A stretch of DNA of 64,000 nt from Octopus sinensis (Eukaryota). Positions 11,071 to 24,951 of the stretch are shown piece by piece; within the stretch, counting starts at the first letter, position 1, and every line of letters begins with the position of its first letter. The notes below the pieces were generated by a model that ran no database searches, had not been told where the DNA came from, and saw only the letters and a program-made list of their open reading frames with translations. The translations under genes were made by a program, and so were the position numbers. The stretch is taken from contig NC_043001.1 in the NCBI RefSeq assembly GCF_006345805.1, forward strand, positions 124,744,001-124,808,000, read 5' to 3'.

Positions 11071-11927
11071 TTTTAACTTTGAAATTTCCATGAATAATTA
11101 AAATTTATAAACAAGTTACTTTCTATATTTATCTCATTTTCTTCTCTCTCTCTCTTTTCTTCTCTGTGTTTCCCTGTTTCTCTTTATGTTCTCACATCTC
11201 TCATTCTTAATTTCCTTCCTCCATTCTCTCACTCCCACCACTTTCGTTCCCCCCTCTCTTTCTCATTTACACTCTCTAATTTCGTTAATCTACGCATCAT
11301 TACGTAGTTTATTATTATTTCACATTGTAAACGAAGGAAGATGACGTAAACTAAGGGAGATAAATGTTTACATATATCAATTATTACCTTTGCATTCTCA
11401 TCGCCAATGTGTCTTTCTCTCCTTTTCTTCTTTATTGACTCCCTCTATCTTTCTCTCTATATATATATGTTTCTCTCTCTTTCTCCCTCTCTCTCACTCT
11501 CTATTTTTCTTCTCTCTCATACTTTGTCTTACTCATTCTTTTCCTCTCGCTAGTTTCTTCTCCCTCCTACTCCTTCCTCTCACCTACTCTCCCTAGATTA
11601 ATTAATACTTGAACTACAGAAAATGAAAATTTTATTGTTACATACCTGGTACATAATTAATGCTAACTCAAATCAGATATTGATAGATGTGTGTTTAGCG
11701 AAAATACAGTCGATTTAATTAACACATCTTCTTAAATTGTATTTATCTCATACACGTCTAGTAGATTAAATGAGAAGTCAAACCTGAAAAGATATGAAAT
11801 CAGAACATAGAAAACTTAACCAAATACATAATCAAAATTGCTTCAACTTTTGGAAGAAAAGAATGAATTAGTGGAGGAGCGAATATATTGAGTTCGCTCT
11901 AAATTCATGGTAATTACATCATTGAAA

Positions 11928-12349
11928 GAAGTGGCGAGCTGGCAGAAACGTTAGCACGCCGGTCGAAATGCTAAGCATTATTTCGTCTGCTGTTACGTTC
12001 TGAGTTCAAATTCCGCCGAGGTCGACTTTGCCTTTCATCATTTTGGGGTCGATTAAATAAGTACCAGTTACGCACTGGAGTCGATATAATCGACTTAATC
12101 CGTTTGTATGTCCTTGTTTGTCCCCTCTGTGCTTAGCCCCTTGTGGGTAGTAAAGAAATAGGTATTTCGTCTGCCGCTACGTTCTGAGTTCAAATTCCGC
12201 CGAGGTCGACTTTGCTTTTCACCCTTTCGGGGTCGATTAAATAAGTACCAGTTACGCACTGGGGTCGATATAATCGACTTAATCCGTTTGTCTGTCCTTG
12301 TTTGCCCTCTCTGTGTTTAGCCCCTTGTGGGTAGTAAAGAAATAGGTAT
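11928..12349 (+). mobile_element. SINE family B, young tandem dimer
   Basis: Unit 1 ends GTAAAGAAATAG at 12161 and unit 2 restarts at GTATTTCGTCTGCC. The element ends AAATAGGTAT. Confidence 0.9.
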
Positions 12350-12751
12350 ACGTTCCAATGTATGATAAGCAAAGTTAACCTCGGCGGAATTTGAATTCAA
12401 AGCAGACAGAATCAGAACAAGTGAAAAAGTACTATGAAGCATTCTTTCCGACACTCTAATTATTCTACTAACCGATTCGCCGCTTAATGATCGTTATATT
12501 TCCCTAAAGAAGTTTGTTCGGTAAATATTTTTTATTAAAACCATTAAACTGAACAAATAAACAACTGAAATATCATCTACAACTCACGAAACACTTTATT
12601 AGAATGTAATTCAAACCTGTGTTGAATTATCTCAATCAGTCATGAGTCAGCTGCCATGAAAAGGAACAACCAAAACGTTCGATGTTTGAGAATACATGAT
12701 CCACTCATAACAGAAATTTCACTCATATATGGGATACTTCATGAATATAGT

Positions 12752-13145
12752 GGAGGCGCAATGGCCCAGTGGTTAGGGCAGTGGACTCGCGGTCGTAGGA
12801 TCGCGGTTTCAATTCCCAGACCGGGCGTTGTGAGTGTTTATTGAGCGAAAACACCGAAAAGCTCCACGAGGCTCCGGCAGGGATGGTGGTGATCCCTGCT
12901 GTACTCTTTCACCACAACTTTCTCTCACTCTTACTTCCTGTTTCTGTTGTACCTGTATTTCAAAGGGCCGGCCTTGTCACTCTCTGTGTCACGCTGAATA
13001 TCCCCGAGAACTACGTTAAGGGTACACGTGTCTGTGGAGTGCTCAGCCACTTACACGTTAATTTCACGAGCAGGCTGTTCCGTTGATCGGATCAACCGGA
13101 ACCCTCGTCGTCGGAACCGACGGAGTGCTTCCATCCATCCATCCA
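12752..13145 (+). mobile_element. SINE family C, full length, (TCCA)n tail
   Basis: 13-bp TSD TCATGAATATAGT at 12739-12751 and 13146-13158. A and B boxes in the head. Confidence 0.92.
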
Positions 13146-13254
13146 TCATGAATATAGTATTTAAAAAATTACATTCGAATTACTGACTATGGGCCAGGTA
13201 ATATTATAGTATTTTCAACATGAAAAGAAATCTTCTGTTTTTATATATTGCAAA

Positions 13255-13870
13255 GAATTAGGATGCGGATGAGACTTGCAAGACAGTTTCAACTTTATTC
13301 ATTCAGCTTTACTCGATACACGACGTCATTAGTTTTTATATCCTGCCTCTAACTTGGGATAACATAACTGAATGGAGTTAAAACAGGTTTTCTCAGGATT
13401 GAAATTATAAGCATCAGCTTTTTTATCCAACATGTAGTTGTGACAGATTTTGAACAAGCAATGATTAATGCGTTAAGAGATATTTCTCAATTCAAGGTTG
13501 TTTTTTTTATTTTTTCTAATTTCTTTCAATGTGTAATTTAATCTGTTCAAATAAATTATTTTTTGAGCAACTTCACGAAAATAACGAAGAATTTACGTTG
13601 AAGATGCACTTGGTTACAAGCATTGCATTCGCGCCTGTCTCAGATGTAGTTCATTCTCTCGAATATTTATAGAGCAATAGTGCGTTGTTTGAAGAATCCC
13701 AGCTAATCGTAGATTGTGTAGAGAATTTGCTCCCAGATGCCCAAACTTAGACACCGACATCTTCACTTTGATCACACACTATGGAACTGTTTCGTTAACA
13801 ATAAAGACGGTGCCTCAAATACAAACAAGTTTTGTGAACGTTTTGCAATCGATCAGTCAGCTGATGGAGC
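13255..13870 (+). pseudogene. Degenerate Mutator (MULE) transposase remnant
   Basis: Manual translation gives DADETCKTVSTLFIQLYSIH (DGTFK..P..F.QLY.IH-like), VVTDFEQAMINALRDI and LWNCF...NTNKFCE, with stops and frameshifts. Confidence 0.7.
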
Positions 13871-14689
13871 CATCATCATGACAATAAAAAACTGAAGTAA
13901 TACTCGAACAATATGTCGCTGCTAAAGAAATATCATACATCATGATAAAGAAATTTAAGAGCATGCTCAAAGAATTCAACATGTTAACTATGAATATCAA
14001 AATCATAAAATACTAAATTATTTAAGAAACATCGCTCGTAAATGTTTTCAGAACGCTTCTTCCTTTCTCTAATTTAAAATTTGAAATAATGTTATCTTCT
14101 TACAATATTTTTCTAATTCTATTTTTACAAATAAATTTGATTTGTTTTTCTTGTATATATTGAAACAATTTATCTCTGTAATTCTGTCGCTGAATTTATT
14201 TTTCGTTTTCAATGAAAAGCGACATATTTAGATATTTAGCTTTGCATTTACACTGCGGCTAAAATACATGATGAATTTGTCTACTGATTTAGTGTAATGT
14301 CTTATATTCTTGGAGTAAACTACTGGATAGGGTAGATCGCAAACTTCGAAGGTTTTTGATGTTCCTTTTCAGATATAAGTTGCTGGTAATTGACTCACGA
14401 CTGCTTTTCACAATACAACATAATCGACACGTCGGATGTAAATACCTTGTGATTTTTAGATCCGTCTTGACTAACTCCCGTTGCACCTTATCAACTTATT
14501 CTTTCGTCCTATTCCAAAGTAGATAAAGTAGATAAAGTAGGTACAACACACAGTTCAAAGGACGGTATAATCATCCAAAACTTCTCACAAAAATAATACA
14601 CCAACCTAAATACATTTTAATGGAAGACGTCAAGAACAAAAAGACATGCTAGCGGGTGAACAAATAGCCATCCATCCATCTGATCCGTC

Positions 14690-15005
14690 CACTATTCCTG
14701 AAACAGTCATGTGGGTGGAATCCACATGCACCGCCTCCATAGGTTCCTATCAGAAGAAACCCGTCATAACATTTCTGGTTAGATTCACAAACATGACCAA
14801 CTGAGTGTAAGGATATATTCAATTATCTCATTCATGGTGCACCACCTCTAGGTCTCCTATCGGTTGATTCGACTTGAAGAATCCCTCATGCGATTCTTTT
14901 CTGCGACATAGCCATGGGATCAAAGATGTGACCTCTCAATGCAGAGACGTAGCGACTTGACCCGAAGTAACTCCTTAATCTCTGGGCTACATATCCTGTC
15001 GAGTA
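14690..15005 (-). mobile_element. RTE-clade LINE 3' fragment, degenerate
   Basis: Minus translation ELLRVKSLRLCIERSHL*SHG...YILTLSWS resembles the RTE C-terminus (L.IERSQLRW.GH...SLSW). Confidence 0.55.
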
Positions 15006-18000
15006 TCGTTATTATTACACACACTGTCGAGTAAATAAATAAGGTAAATTGATAGCTATGTATTTATTTTGTTGGAGTTTTTATTTCATTAATTTACCTC
15101 TTACAGTTACTGAATAACTTCACGTTTTTTATTACTTAGCGTTAAGGAAGAAGCCATTTCATATTAACACCAACGCAGTTTTCTGTTTCTATTTTACTTC
15201 TCTTTTTTTTTCTTGCTGGAAAGGACATTCAATTCAAACAAAATACATTTATATTGTAATTAGCTATGAATTTAAAAGCAACAAGGTCTTCAAATTTATT
15301 ACTCACTAACTCATTTTGACTATCTACTTAAGATTTACACTTGCTTTCTCGTTTTTTTTCAATCGGAAAATTCTTGTTCAGATAATGTTTTCATTATATC
15401 GACTTAAGGGTTTTTCTTCAAAGATTACTCTGTTTTTCTCTTTTTTTGTTTTGTTATTTTGTTTGGTTTTTGATGTGTCTATTGTTGTATTTTTATTTGT
15501 TTAGGTTATTTTCTTTTTTTTTTTGCAAGGTTTATATCCCTAGGCATGGTAATATCAGAAATCGTTATAATAATTCACTTCTACACTCAGAAGTAATTAT
15601 AATTTTAGAAGAGAAAATTAATCAGATTTGTTCATCTGTAAACGTGTTGCAGTATCCTGGATAATTTCTATTTAAAAATGACAATTTTTATTTAAAATAT
15701 ATTGCTTACATCAACAGAATCTCCTTAATTAATATATTTCATATCTCAAGCCATTTGGGATTCAATGGTTCGAAAATGTCACGTGAATCTCAAAAAATAA
15801 AATCAAGTATAAAATTTAGTTGTATTTGTTATTAGCCCTAGATCAAACATAGCTACGAGAAAAGTCGTTCCAATCATGACCATTCCATCTTATTTGTATA
15901 CATGGTTCATCTAGGACCACATGGTTCATCTAGAACCACATGGTCCAATATCATCCCATATTTTAATATGATAGATTGTGGTTTAAGAGAGATTCGGTTG
16001 TTTTTTAGTTGATCGATCGCCCACGAATATGTCTCCTTCAGTCTAAACGCTAAGTCTGATTATTGAAGCTGACTTTCTCCTAACAGGAAAACTCTGATGT
16101 CAATGTGTGTATTTGTATATTACAAGTCCATAAACATATTTCTAGATTTAAATTAAATTTACAGATTCTACATGAAAAATTGTTTTATAGTCCATATGAT
16201 TCAAAATAATTTTCTGTCTTAAAATATATGAAATTTATTGATGAAATCCTGTCTTATCTGTGTGAAAGTTCATCTTTGACACCAGTCAAAATGTCATGTC
16301 GTTATATTTAATAACAATAAACAATCTTTTGAACAAACGATAGCAATCGGTTGTTAAACAACTTATAAGGTATCTTGGGAGATTTTAATAAAACATTGAA
16401 AAACTGATATCATGATCAAATATATCGATATAGCTATGAAAGTACTGTTCGTAATATTTTAAAATCTATCTCGATACTCTATATTTTCCTTAAAGCAATA
16501 AGACGGTTAATAATCACCAATATTTTCAAGTTTATTTTATTTTATATTTAAAGTTCATATTTAATGTCCGTCCGGATTAAAATGATACTATTTGTAGTTC
16601 ATCGGCTAATCTGTGCGGAGTTCCCAGCAGTGAAATTTGCCTTTCGGCGAATAAATAGATCATCGTTGTTGCTGTTGTTTAACTGTCGAGTAACAATGAT
16701 CTATGATCAAGGTCGCTCTGACCGTGACCATCCACAATTATATTTAGAGACTGTATGTCTAGGGCTACATTATTTAGTTTCTTCTTTCTTCTTTAACTGG
16801 TCAAGCTACCAGTTTAGAAAAATTTGGTTACCGTTTTAAACAGATCGAAGAACCACGAAGACATTTTTTTCTTCTCAAAATGATCTCTCAATGAACAGAC
16901 ACAGTTCCTGAAAGTGGACATCATGCCAGCTTTAGCTTATAGAATTCGTTCGATCTTCCAACGATTTTTTTTTATAACAGGCGGTTGAATAGTGTAACTT
17001 TTGTTAAAATTGCCCTCTTCAGAATCATTTTATCACAAATAACACTATCCAGCCCGTAAAATACTGTAATCATCTTACAACACTCTGGAGGTCAAACTCC
17101 AATTCAATTCTTGGTGTATCCTTTGCCCAATATCGTCAAGTCAAGACAAGAGATGTTGTCTCAGTGCATAACCCCTACAAAAATGCTCGTACAAAGACAT
17201 CACATAATGATAAGCAGAACAACAATACTCATCACAACATAATTTAAAATGCATAATTTAAAATATGATAAACTAACTATAACGACAATTCGCAAAATGG
17301 CTAATATGACAATATGACTCCTGCGGAAACAACTCCCCACGGCTAAGAATTCACAAAACCTCCAAAAGATAATGACCAAAAGCATCAAACCTCCCAAGAA
17401 GTTATTTACACGCAACTAAATCCAAACATTGAAGTTAAATAAACTTATAACTAGGTGAGTAAAGAGTCAAAGTAGTTTGGATCTCAGATACAATAAAAAG
17501 TATTCATCTAAACCTGCCAATATCCAGTTGAAACAAAAGACCCTTTTTTATTATTAAAATAGAAAAAGTGGGTATCTAAAATGAAGAAGAAAGCAAGTAT
17601 ATGAAAGATATACATTATGTAAAATGTGAATGTAAAAGAAAAATTAAGCAACGGTTTCTAATAATGACTGGTAGGATATGTAACTTTGAAAACGTTAACA
17701 TGCCAAACGAAATCATGTGTTTCAAACAGATGCTAAACATTTCAGTCATATATCAGAAAAGAAAACCATCGTAATGGAAGATAGAGCAGCTACAAAACAT
17801 CCAGGCTTACGGCGAGTACATAAGGAACCAAGATGTATAAGGCATATAAAGCTGTCCAAATTCTAAAAAAAAAGAAAGAAAAGAGAAATGCAATAACAGC
17901 AGCAGTATGCATGTTTCAGCACAACCAGCGTTGAATTTATTAACAGAATAATGATCGTAGAAACTGGTCTCCTCTCGCAATTGATTACATCGTAAACCTA

Positions 18001-19369
18001 CACAACAATATACGTGAAACTATAGCAACAGTAATCAGAAATGAAAAGGACAACTCCAAAATATATGAAGTAAAAATTTATCTACCAACAATGTATTTAT
18101 TCTCTAACAGACCGACTGTTTCTTTTTTGTTTTTTTTTTTTGTTTTTGGGGTTTTTTTTTCTCGAAGATAATAATTTCGAACCCTCAGAGCAGAAAAAAA
18201 TGTCAGAAGAGGTCAAAGCGATAAGAGCAACAAAAAACATCCCCAAGGTTGGTCCAGAATAAATGGTGAAGAATTTACTAACACTATAATGGCTGACAGC
18301 ACCTGGAGGTCTCTTTGCATTGATGAATATTTAATTTCTTGTGTAACTGACATCAAAACAAAAAAGAAACGAAAATCTAAATATGGCAAAAATTGATAAC
18401 TGAAAAGCCTTTGACAACCTACCACGCGAGTGAATATTGGAGATAGTGGGCATTGATGAATAAAGCAACTCCAATACTAAACCAGTGTATATATGTATGT
18501 GTCTGTGTTGTGTGTGCATGTATGTGTCAATTACATCAAGTCAAAATGGAAACATCGATGGAAATGTAAGACTCGGAGAAGGGAATTTTAAAAGGCGATT
18601 ACTTATCCCTGCTATTCTTCTGTCTAACTTCGTTATAACATCCATTGCGTCAGACTATCAACTATAAATTCTATGGACAGTAAAGATCAAATTATGGAGA
18701 ATATGCATCATTCAGCCTACTAGAAATAGCAACCAAATCATCCTCAAATCTTACCCTGTCGTCTTAGAAATAAAAGGGCATTTGGCTTAATGTAGTTGAC
18801 ACAGTTGTCCACCAAAAGGTTCAGTCCTTGTTATGGTATGATGTATTATGTGCTTCGGTGATCATGAAAGTTATGCCAACGGAACATTGCTATTGTTGTT
18901 GTTGTTACTATTGCTGTTTCTGATGTTGCTGCTACTGCGAAGATCCTGGTAGAACTGCGGATGCGCTGCGTACTTTTAAAGCATCCTCTGTCCTCTTGAA
19001 CAACCCTGCCTTCATTCTGGATCGGTGGAGGCCCCCTGAACCCTTATTGCATCGGTCACAGACACTCTCGTCTTGGTTTCCAGCCCAAATCCCAATTCTC
19101 GGTGAGACCACCGGTCAAGAGAAGCCTGCAGCCATTGATGAGAAAGGTTAGTAAGGGAGGTGATAAAGTAAGCACCAGCTGAGATTTCAGGCCTTGTGCC
19201 TATAGAAGAAAGTATTATTATTATTTTCTCCTTCTTTCTTCAAATTTTCTTCCATTTCTCGCCGAGTGTTTTCCGTACACCTAGGGCAGAGATGCTCATT
19301 GTATGCATTCCCAGATTGCACACGCAAATTCACAGATAAAATTTGTATTTAAAAAATTAATAAATGAAT

Positions 19370-19842
19370 AAATTCATGAATGGATGTTGTTTTCACAGCG
19401 ATAATGCTCTTCTCGGTACATGAGTGGTTTCAGTTAACACGCACGATTTTTTTCACTTCCTGTAGGGATGGTAAACCTGGTATCATTTTTAAATAAGTTT
19501 CAGTACCTTTTTGTATCATTCCCAGAAATCCTGCATTCACTGGTACTTGAGATACCACATTTTTTTTTTCAATTTCTATTAGCAAGTCTTTATATTTACT
19601 GATCTCAAATTCTTCCGCCGCTATATTGTGATCGCAAGGAATACTCATGTCAATTAATAAACACACCTTTTTTGTCTGATCTTATATAATAATATCCGGT
19701 TTATTAACTTTTGTAGTTTTGTCGGTATGTACGGGGAAGTCCCAGAGAATCGATACATTTTCTCCCTCAGTCACAGCTTCAGGGTGGTGTTTATACCATT
19801 TGTCAGCGGTTTTGATTTTATAATGCCGACATATTGTCCAGT

Positions 19843-19845
<3 letters not shown>
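19370..19845 (-). mobile_element. R4/Dong-type RLE LINE 3' fragment
   Basis: IHWTICRHY...KWYKHHPEAVTEGENVSILWDFPVHTDKT..NKPDIII / CLLIDMSIP.D.NI...SKYKDL. 5' junction lies in (TAA)n. Confidence 0.85.
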
Positions 19846-19909
<64 letters not shown>

Positions 19910-19934
19910 CATTATTATTATTATTATTATTATT

Positions 19935-20200
19935 CCTTTGTCACAGGTTTTGTTGGAGCATGCATACCTGGCTTACTACCTGCAGCCAACGGTACCATGC
20001 TATTCGTTCTTTTCAGCTAATACTTTCCTGATAATTCTGGCCGTGCCAAGGAGGCAAACCTTTTATGGCAGTTCCACTGGACACTATATTCCAATTTCCT
20101 GTATATTCCTCTTAATACCTTCAGATAATGTTCCCAAGCACCCAACAATAATTGGCACTATCTTCACCTTCATTTTCCATAGCCGGGTTATTTCATACTT
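19935..20200 (-). mobile_element. R4/Dong-type RLE LINE 3' end, second subfamily, (AAT)n tail
   Basis: Minus translation EITRLWKMKVKIVPIIVGCLG...VCLLGTARIIRKVL. Followed by (AAT)n at 19846-19934. Confidence 0.8.
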
Positions 20201-20272
20201 AAGAGGGTTGTGAGAGAGTTGTAACCATTATTGTAGTTGTTGTTGTTGTTGCTGTTGTTGTTGTTGTTGTTG

Positions 20273-20513
20273 CCTTTCCACAGCTTCTAACTCTGGAGAT
20301 GTACTACAGTGTCAGCTGTTCACTACCAGTGAACTAAGGTAACACTCCTTATTTTTCGAGCATCTTCCGGAGTATTCGAGCGGTTCAAAGCAGTGCTGTT
20401 TTCTGCAAGTGCTCCACCCTCATTGCAGCCCCTATTACTTCTCAATATTTCTATTCACTCTTCCCATGGTTCCGACAATTATTGGTACCATTACCACCTT
20501 TTTCCTCGACAAC
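20273..20513 (-). mobile_element. RLE LINE 3' end, third subfamily, (CAA)n tail
   Basis: Minus translation KVVMVPIIVGTMG...HLQKTALL*TARILRKMLEK*. Followed by (CAA)n at 20236-20272. Confidence 0.75.
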
Positions 20514-20529
20514 AATTGCTTTACCTCCC

Positions 20530-20925
20530 AAGCTGGATGTGTGGTTAAGAAGCCAGAATCTCGCTTTGCTGCCGCATAGTTCCGGGTTCGATTCCAATGC
20601 ATGGGACCTTGGTCTTCAGTCCCAGTGCACGTTACCTTGAACGACTGTGTTCAACAATTCGCATGTGAGTGAATTTAGGGGAAGAAAATTATGTGGAAGC
20701 TTGTAAATTATATTTGCATAAGGGAGAGCATGTTTGTCTTTCTTGTATATATGTATATTTTTGCCCACACCCAGCACTTGACAACCAGTGTTGGTTCGGT
20801 TATGTCTCCATAACTTGGTGACTCGGCAAAAGAGACCAATAGAATAAGGACCAGACTTTAAGCAAAAATAAATACTGGGGTCGATTTGTTCTATTAAACT
20901 CTTCAAGGCAGTTCTCCAGCATAGA
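20530..20925 (+). mobile_element. SINE family A, older diverged copy
   Basis: Head GGATGTGTGGTTAAGAAG...GGGTTCGATTCC and tail blocks GGCAAAAGAGACCAATAGAATAAG. Confidence 0.7.
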
Positions 20926-21133
20926 AAATGATAAAATATATATTAAAGAGACCATTGCTGCTTTGTTGCTTTGTTCTGTGTTTGTTCTTGTTGCTTTTTT
21001 GTTGGGTTTTTTTTTCGAATAATGTTAATCAATAATCTAAGATAAATCATGCTTCTACCAATCTCTTCTTTTTGTATGAAATCCTCTGAAGATTATCATA
21101 GAAAAAGGGTAAGTTGAAACAAGAGAGCGAAAG

Positions 21134-21178
<45 letters not shown>

Positions 21179-22685
21179 CATGCTCAAGTGTTTTCAGCAA
21201 CTAGTAATCTGTGCCAGATTTATAATCCTGCACACTCTTATTCATCATTTTTTATTGAATAATGTATTTTTCCTACATGCAACTCATTCTCGAACCCAGT
21301 TTTTCTTTAATTTATTTTTCACTTCTTTTCAGTTGAAAGACAAATATTTGTCTTAATAATGAGGATTTTTAAAATCTGTAAACTAAATAAAGATTATTAA
21401 GTCCTTGAATCAACAGTAACGAAAATACAGAAGCGAAAGATTATATAAGAATAAGGGAGGGAGAGGTTGATGCTTCTGTCTCACCAAGTGTGTTGCTCCA
21501 CGACTACTACTCGTGGGTGCAATTCAGTTATTGTAAGACACGAAGTATTTTACCGGCTGCGTTTCGCTTGTGCTCTTCAGGAAGACACTTGACGTTGCTC
21601 CAGTTTACGCAGCTGTAAATAGATACTATTCGGGCGCTGTTGCAGTCTTCTTTTCCTTTCAACTATCACATCCCGAAAGTTTAAGTGAGTCAAGGATGAG
21701 ATAACCGAGAGGATGTCTATACCTGCTCGTGACAACATAGACACTGAAAACTATTAGCAAAAGCATGGTTAACCTAACCAAACAATACTCGATCGCGACT
21801 GACAACTAACTGACTGCACTTCTCTGTATATTTAGATTTTCATAGTTATGGTTGATATTCTGCTTCAAATTCTTGCAAAGATATCCAACTACACATAAAT
21901 ACACATGCAAATTCTAAATTAACTATCATCTCTATTCTTATATAAATATTGCTGATATTCACAATATTTCCTTCAATATTGTCATCGACACTGGCGAAAT
22001 GTTTTATATGTTCTTATTTATTTAGCTGAATTTCAGGAGTTCTTCACGCAATTCGTGGTATTCCATATTTTATTTTTTTTTCCTGATACGCCTTCTCCTT
22101 GAAATCATACTATGCAGTAGAACATCAGTTAATCAGTCCTGTCTTATCTCATTTTCTATAGATATTTTATCTCTTCACCTGGTTTATGTTACCTTTTTGT
22201 CTCTCAGTAAAAAAGTGTTCCCATAGCAACTTAACTGCATCATTTTTATCTGCCGACCTTACTTTGCAATCGCATTATTTGTCATTACGAGGATACAATA
22301 TTTATTACAGAACTTGCTAAGAAAAATGTTGGCCACCTTCGCACGTTCTTTTTGGTTATAATCTAGCTGTGCTAGGTTTTCTATATTTCTTTAAAATGTA
22401 AATAATGGCTTCTATTTCTTGCCACCCACGCAGTATGTATGAGAGATTCTCTTGTTCTTCTCATACCATTATATGACTTCTAAATTTTAGCAGCCTTGTA
22501 AAGCCTATCTTTTCAATAATTTACAAAAAATTCTACGTTCGCTATTCCCAACATCCTTTATTGAATTGGGCGAGCTGATTATTTTCCCACAACTTCAGTC
22601 TTTCTACTTCGGTTTTTTTTTTTTTTGTTTCTTTGGAGTTTTTTGTACACACACACACGCGCACGCACGCACGCACACACACACA

Positions 22686-22739
<54 letters not shown>

Positions 22740-22741
<2 letters not shown>

Positions 22742-23148
22742 CTCTTTACTCTTTACTCTTTTACTTGTTTCATTCATTTGACTGCGGCCATGCTGGAGCA
22801 CCGCCTTTAGTCGAGCAAATCGACCCCGGGACTTATTCTTTGTAAGCCCAGTACTTATTCTATCGGTCTCTTTTGCCGAACCGCTAAGTAACGGGGACGT
22901 AAACACACCAGCATCGGTTGTCAAGCAATGCTAGGGGGACAAACACAGACACACAAACATATACACACACATTTATATATATATATATACATATATACGA
23001 CAGGCTTCTTTCAGTTTCCGTCTACCAAATCCACTCACAAGGCATTGGTCAGCCCGGGGCTATAGCAGAAGACACTTTGCCCAAGATGCCACGCAGTGGG
23101 ACTGAACCCGAAACCATGTGGTTGGTTAGCAAGCTACTTACCACACAC
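22740..23148 (-). mobile_element. SINE family A, young copy
   Basis: Near-identical to 5516-5959. Tail embedded in (CA)n(TA)n. Confidence 0.9.
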
Positions 23149-23643
23149 CCATCTCCCATTTGTCTTCTGATTTTCTTCGTAAAATATTTATATGTTTTTG
23201 TTTGTTTGTTTCCTTAAACAGAGTTACAGACTTTTGAGCAATCCACGGTAATTTTACATACAATTTCTCTCCTATCAACTCTGAAACTCTATACAGCCGA
23301 AGGATTTTCTAGAATACTAATACCTCCAGAACTTCAGTGTTGATGTTTTTTACTATCTAAACGCTACCTGAGGCAATATTTTTCCTCTTTTATGTTTTAC
23401 AGGAATTCTTATCTTTCCGTGCGATTCGTCCTCATAAATGTTCTCTACTCGAAATTTTTCATTGATAGTTACATTGCGCATATCCATTTCCCGCTTTTCC
23501 TGCCTATCTCGATCCAAACAAAATCTCTTTTAATTGTTAGCAAGTTCTGTGATAGTACCATTTTTAACCGTTGTGAGTGGATTTGATAGAAACTGAAAAA
23601 AGATGTCGTTTATATGTGTGTTTGTGTGTTTGTGCATATATAC

Positions 23644-23704
<61 letters not shown>

Positions 23705-23710
23705 TGCGTA

Positions 23711-23752
<42 letters not shown>

Positions 23753-24374
23753 AAAAATAGAAGATGAAAATACAATGAGAATAGTTAAAATATTTTTTAT
23801 TAAAATATTTGAAGCTTTAACCGGTTTCACAGTTTACACAGATTATCAAAATGTTCAAATAGAAAGACATGGCTTATGTCGCAGCTGTCTTGCTTCTGAC
23901 CAGTGTTTGAAGCTTGCCCTGTTGTTATAGGGAGTTCATGGCTCAAATCAGTATATGTTTTGAATAGGATTTGATTGATTGGCAGAGGCTAGTCACATGA
24001 CTGGTGTTAGAAATTTTTGTAGGCTACCCGTTACGTCAGTGTGTTAGTATCAAGTGACAATGTTTGGCGTCATAAGTTAAGGTTGACACGGGTGAGTGAA
24101 CAAGTCCAAGCAATCAATGCTCCGAATGTTTTCCTTCGAGTGTTTGTAGAGAATGAGCACATGGTTAAGTTTATGACTTTTTTCGCGTTTACCGCTACGT
24201 CTGTGCGTTAGTTTGACATGACAGCATATTTTACGCGTACAAAGAATGCCCACACGGTTGAGTGAAGATGTTTAGTTATAATCAAGACAGTCTACCCTCT
24301 ATTAATGCTAATAGTCAACGGAATAGAACGTGCCAAATCAATAAGTATCGAAGAGCTGCAAAAAACGCGTAATG

Positions 24375-24560
24375 AAGATTACATGGGTCAAACAAAGCTT
24401 ATTCTAAGAAATAGATTGACCATTCACCGACAACAAATACAAGACCCCAGTACTAGACAGATCCACTGAGTGGTCACATAGACATATGTGCAAAAAATAC
24501 GTCTCCCAAATTCCAGGTTTTCCCACTCTACCGATGAAGGCAGATTTACTTCTGCTTGTA
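24375..24560 (+). mobile_element. Penelope-like GIY-YIG endonuclease fragment
   Basis: Manual translation EDYMGQTKLILRNRLTIHRQQIQDPSTRQ..LSGHIDICAKNTSPKFQVFPLY (one frameshift). Confidence 0.7.
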
Positions 24561-24855
24561 CAGAACGTAGAGAAAGCGGTGATGTACGAGCGTACGCAGC
24601 ACATATGCTACATCAGTACTATGTATAGCTTAAAAACTGAGATTGAATACAGGAGCAAATTATGCCTACCTAATCTACAAAAAATGAAATATTTTGCATT
24701 TTATGCATAGTAATCTGAGTAACATTCATAATTTTATTGAATTAGGGGCATATTTTTCCCAAAAAGGAAAATGTTGCAATTGAGCCATTTTATTCAAAGT
24801 AGGCACTGCCTACCTTGCCTGTCTAGGCGGCACATCCCTATATACATACACACAT

Positions 24856-24951
<96 letters not shown>

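Noticed and set aside
12752-12830. tRNA-Arg-like sequence (also at 6785-6860), and tRNA-like heads of families A and B
   Set aside because: A and B boxes are present, but the acceptor stem does not pair and the sequence continues into a SINE body with TSDs.
16530-17450. Possible LTR-retrotransposon remnant
   Set aside because: No recognisable RT, RH or IN motif on manual translation.
24526-24572. Hammerhead-like fold CTCTA-CCGATGA-AGGCAG/CTGCTT-...-TAGAG at the end of the GIY-YIG fragment
   Set aside because: Stems I and II fit, but the GAAA and NUH segments are absent (GTACAGAACG) and the stretch may simply be ORF continuation.
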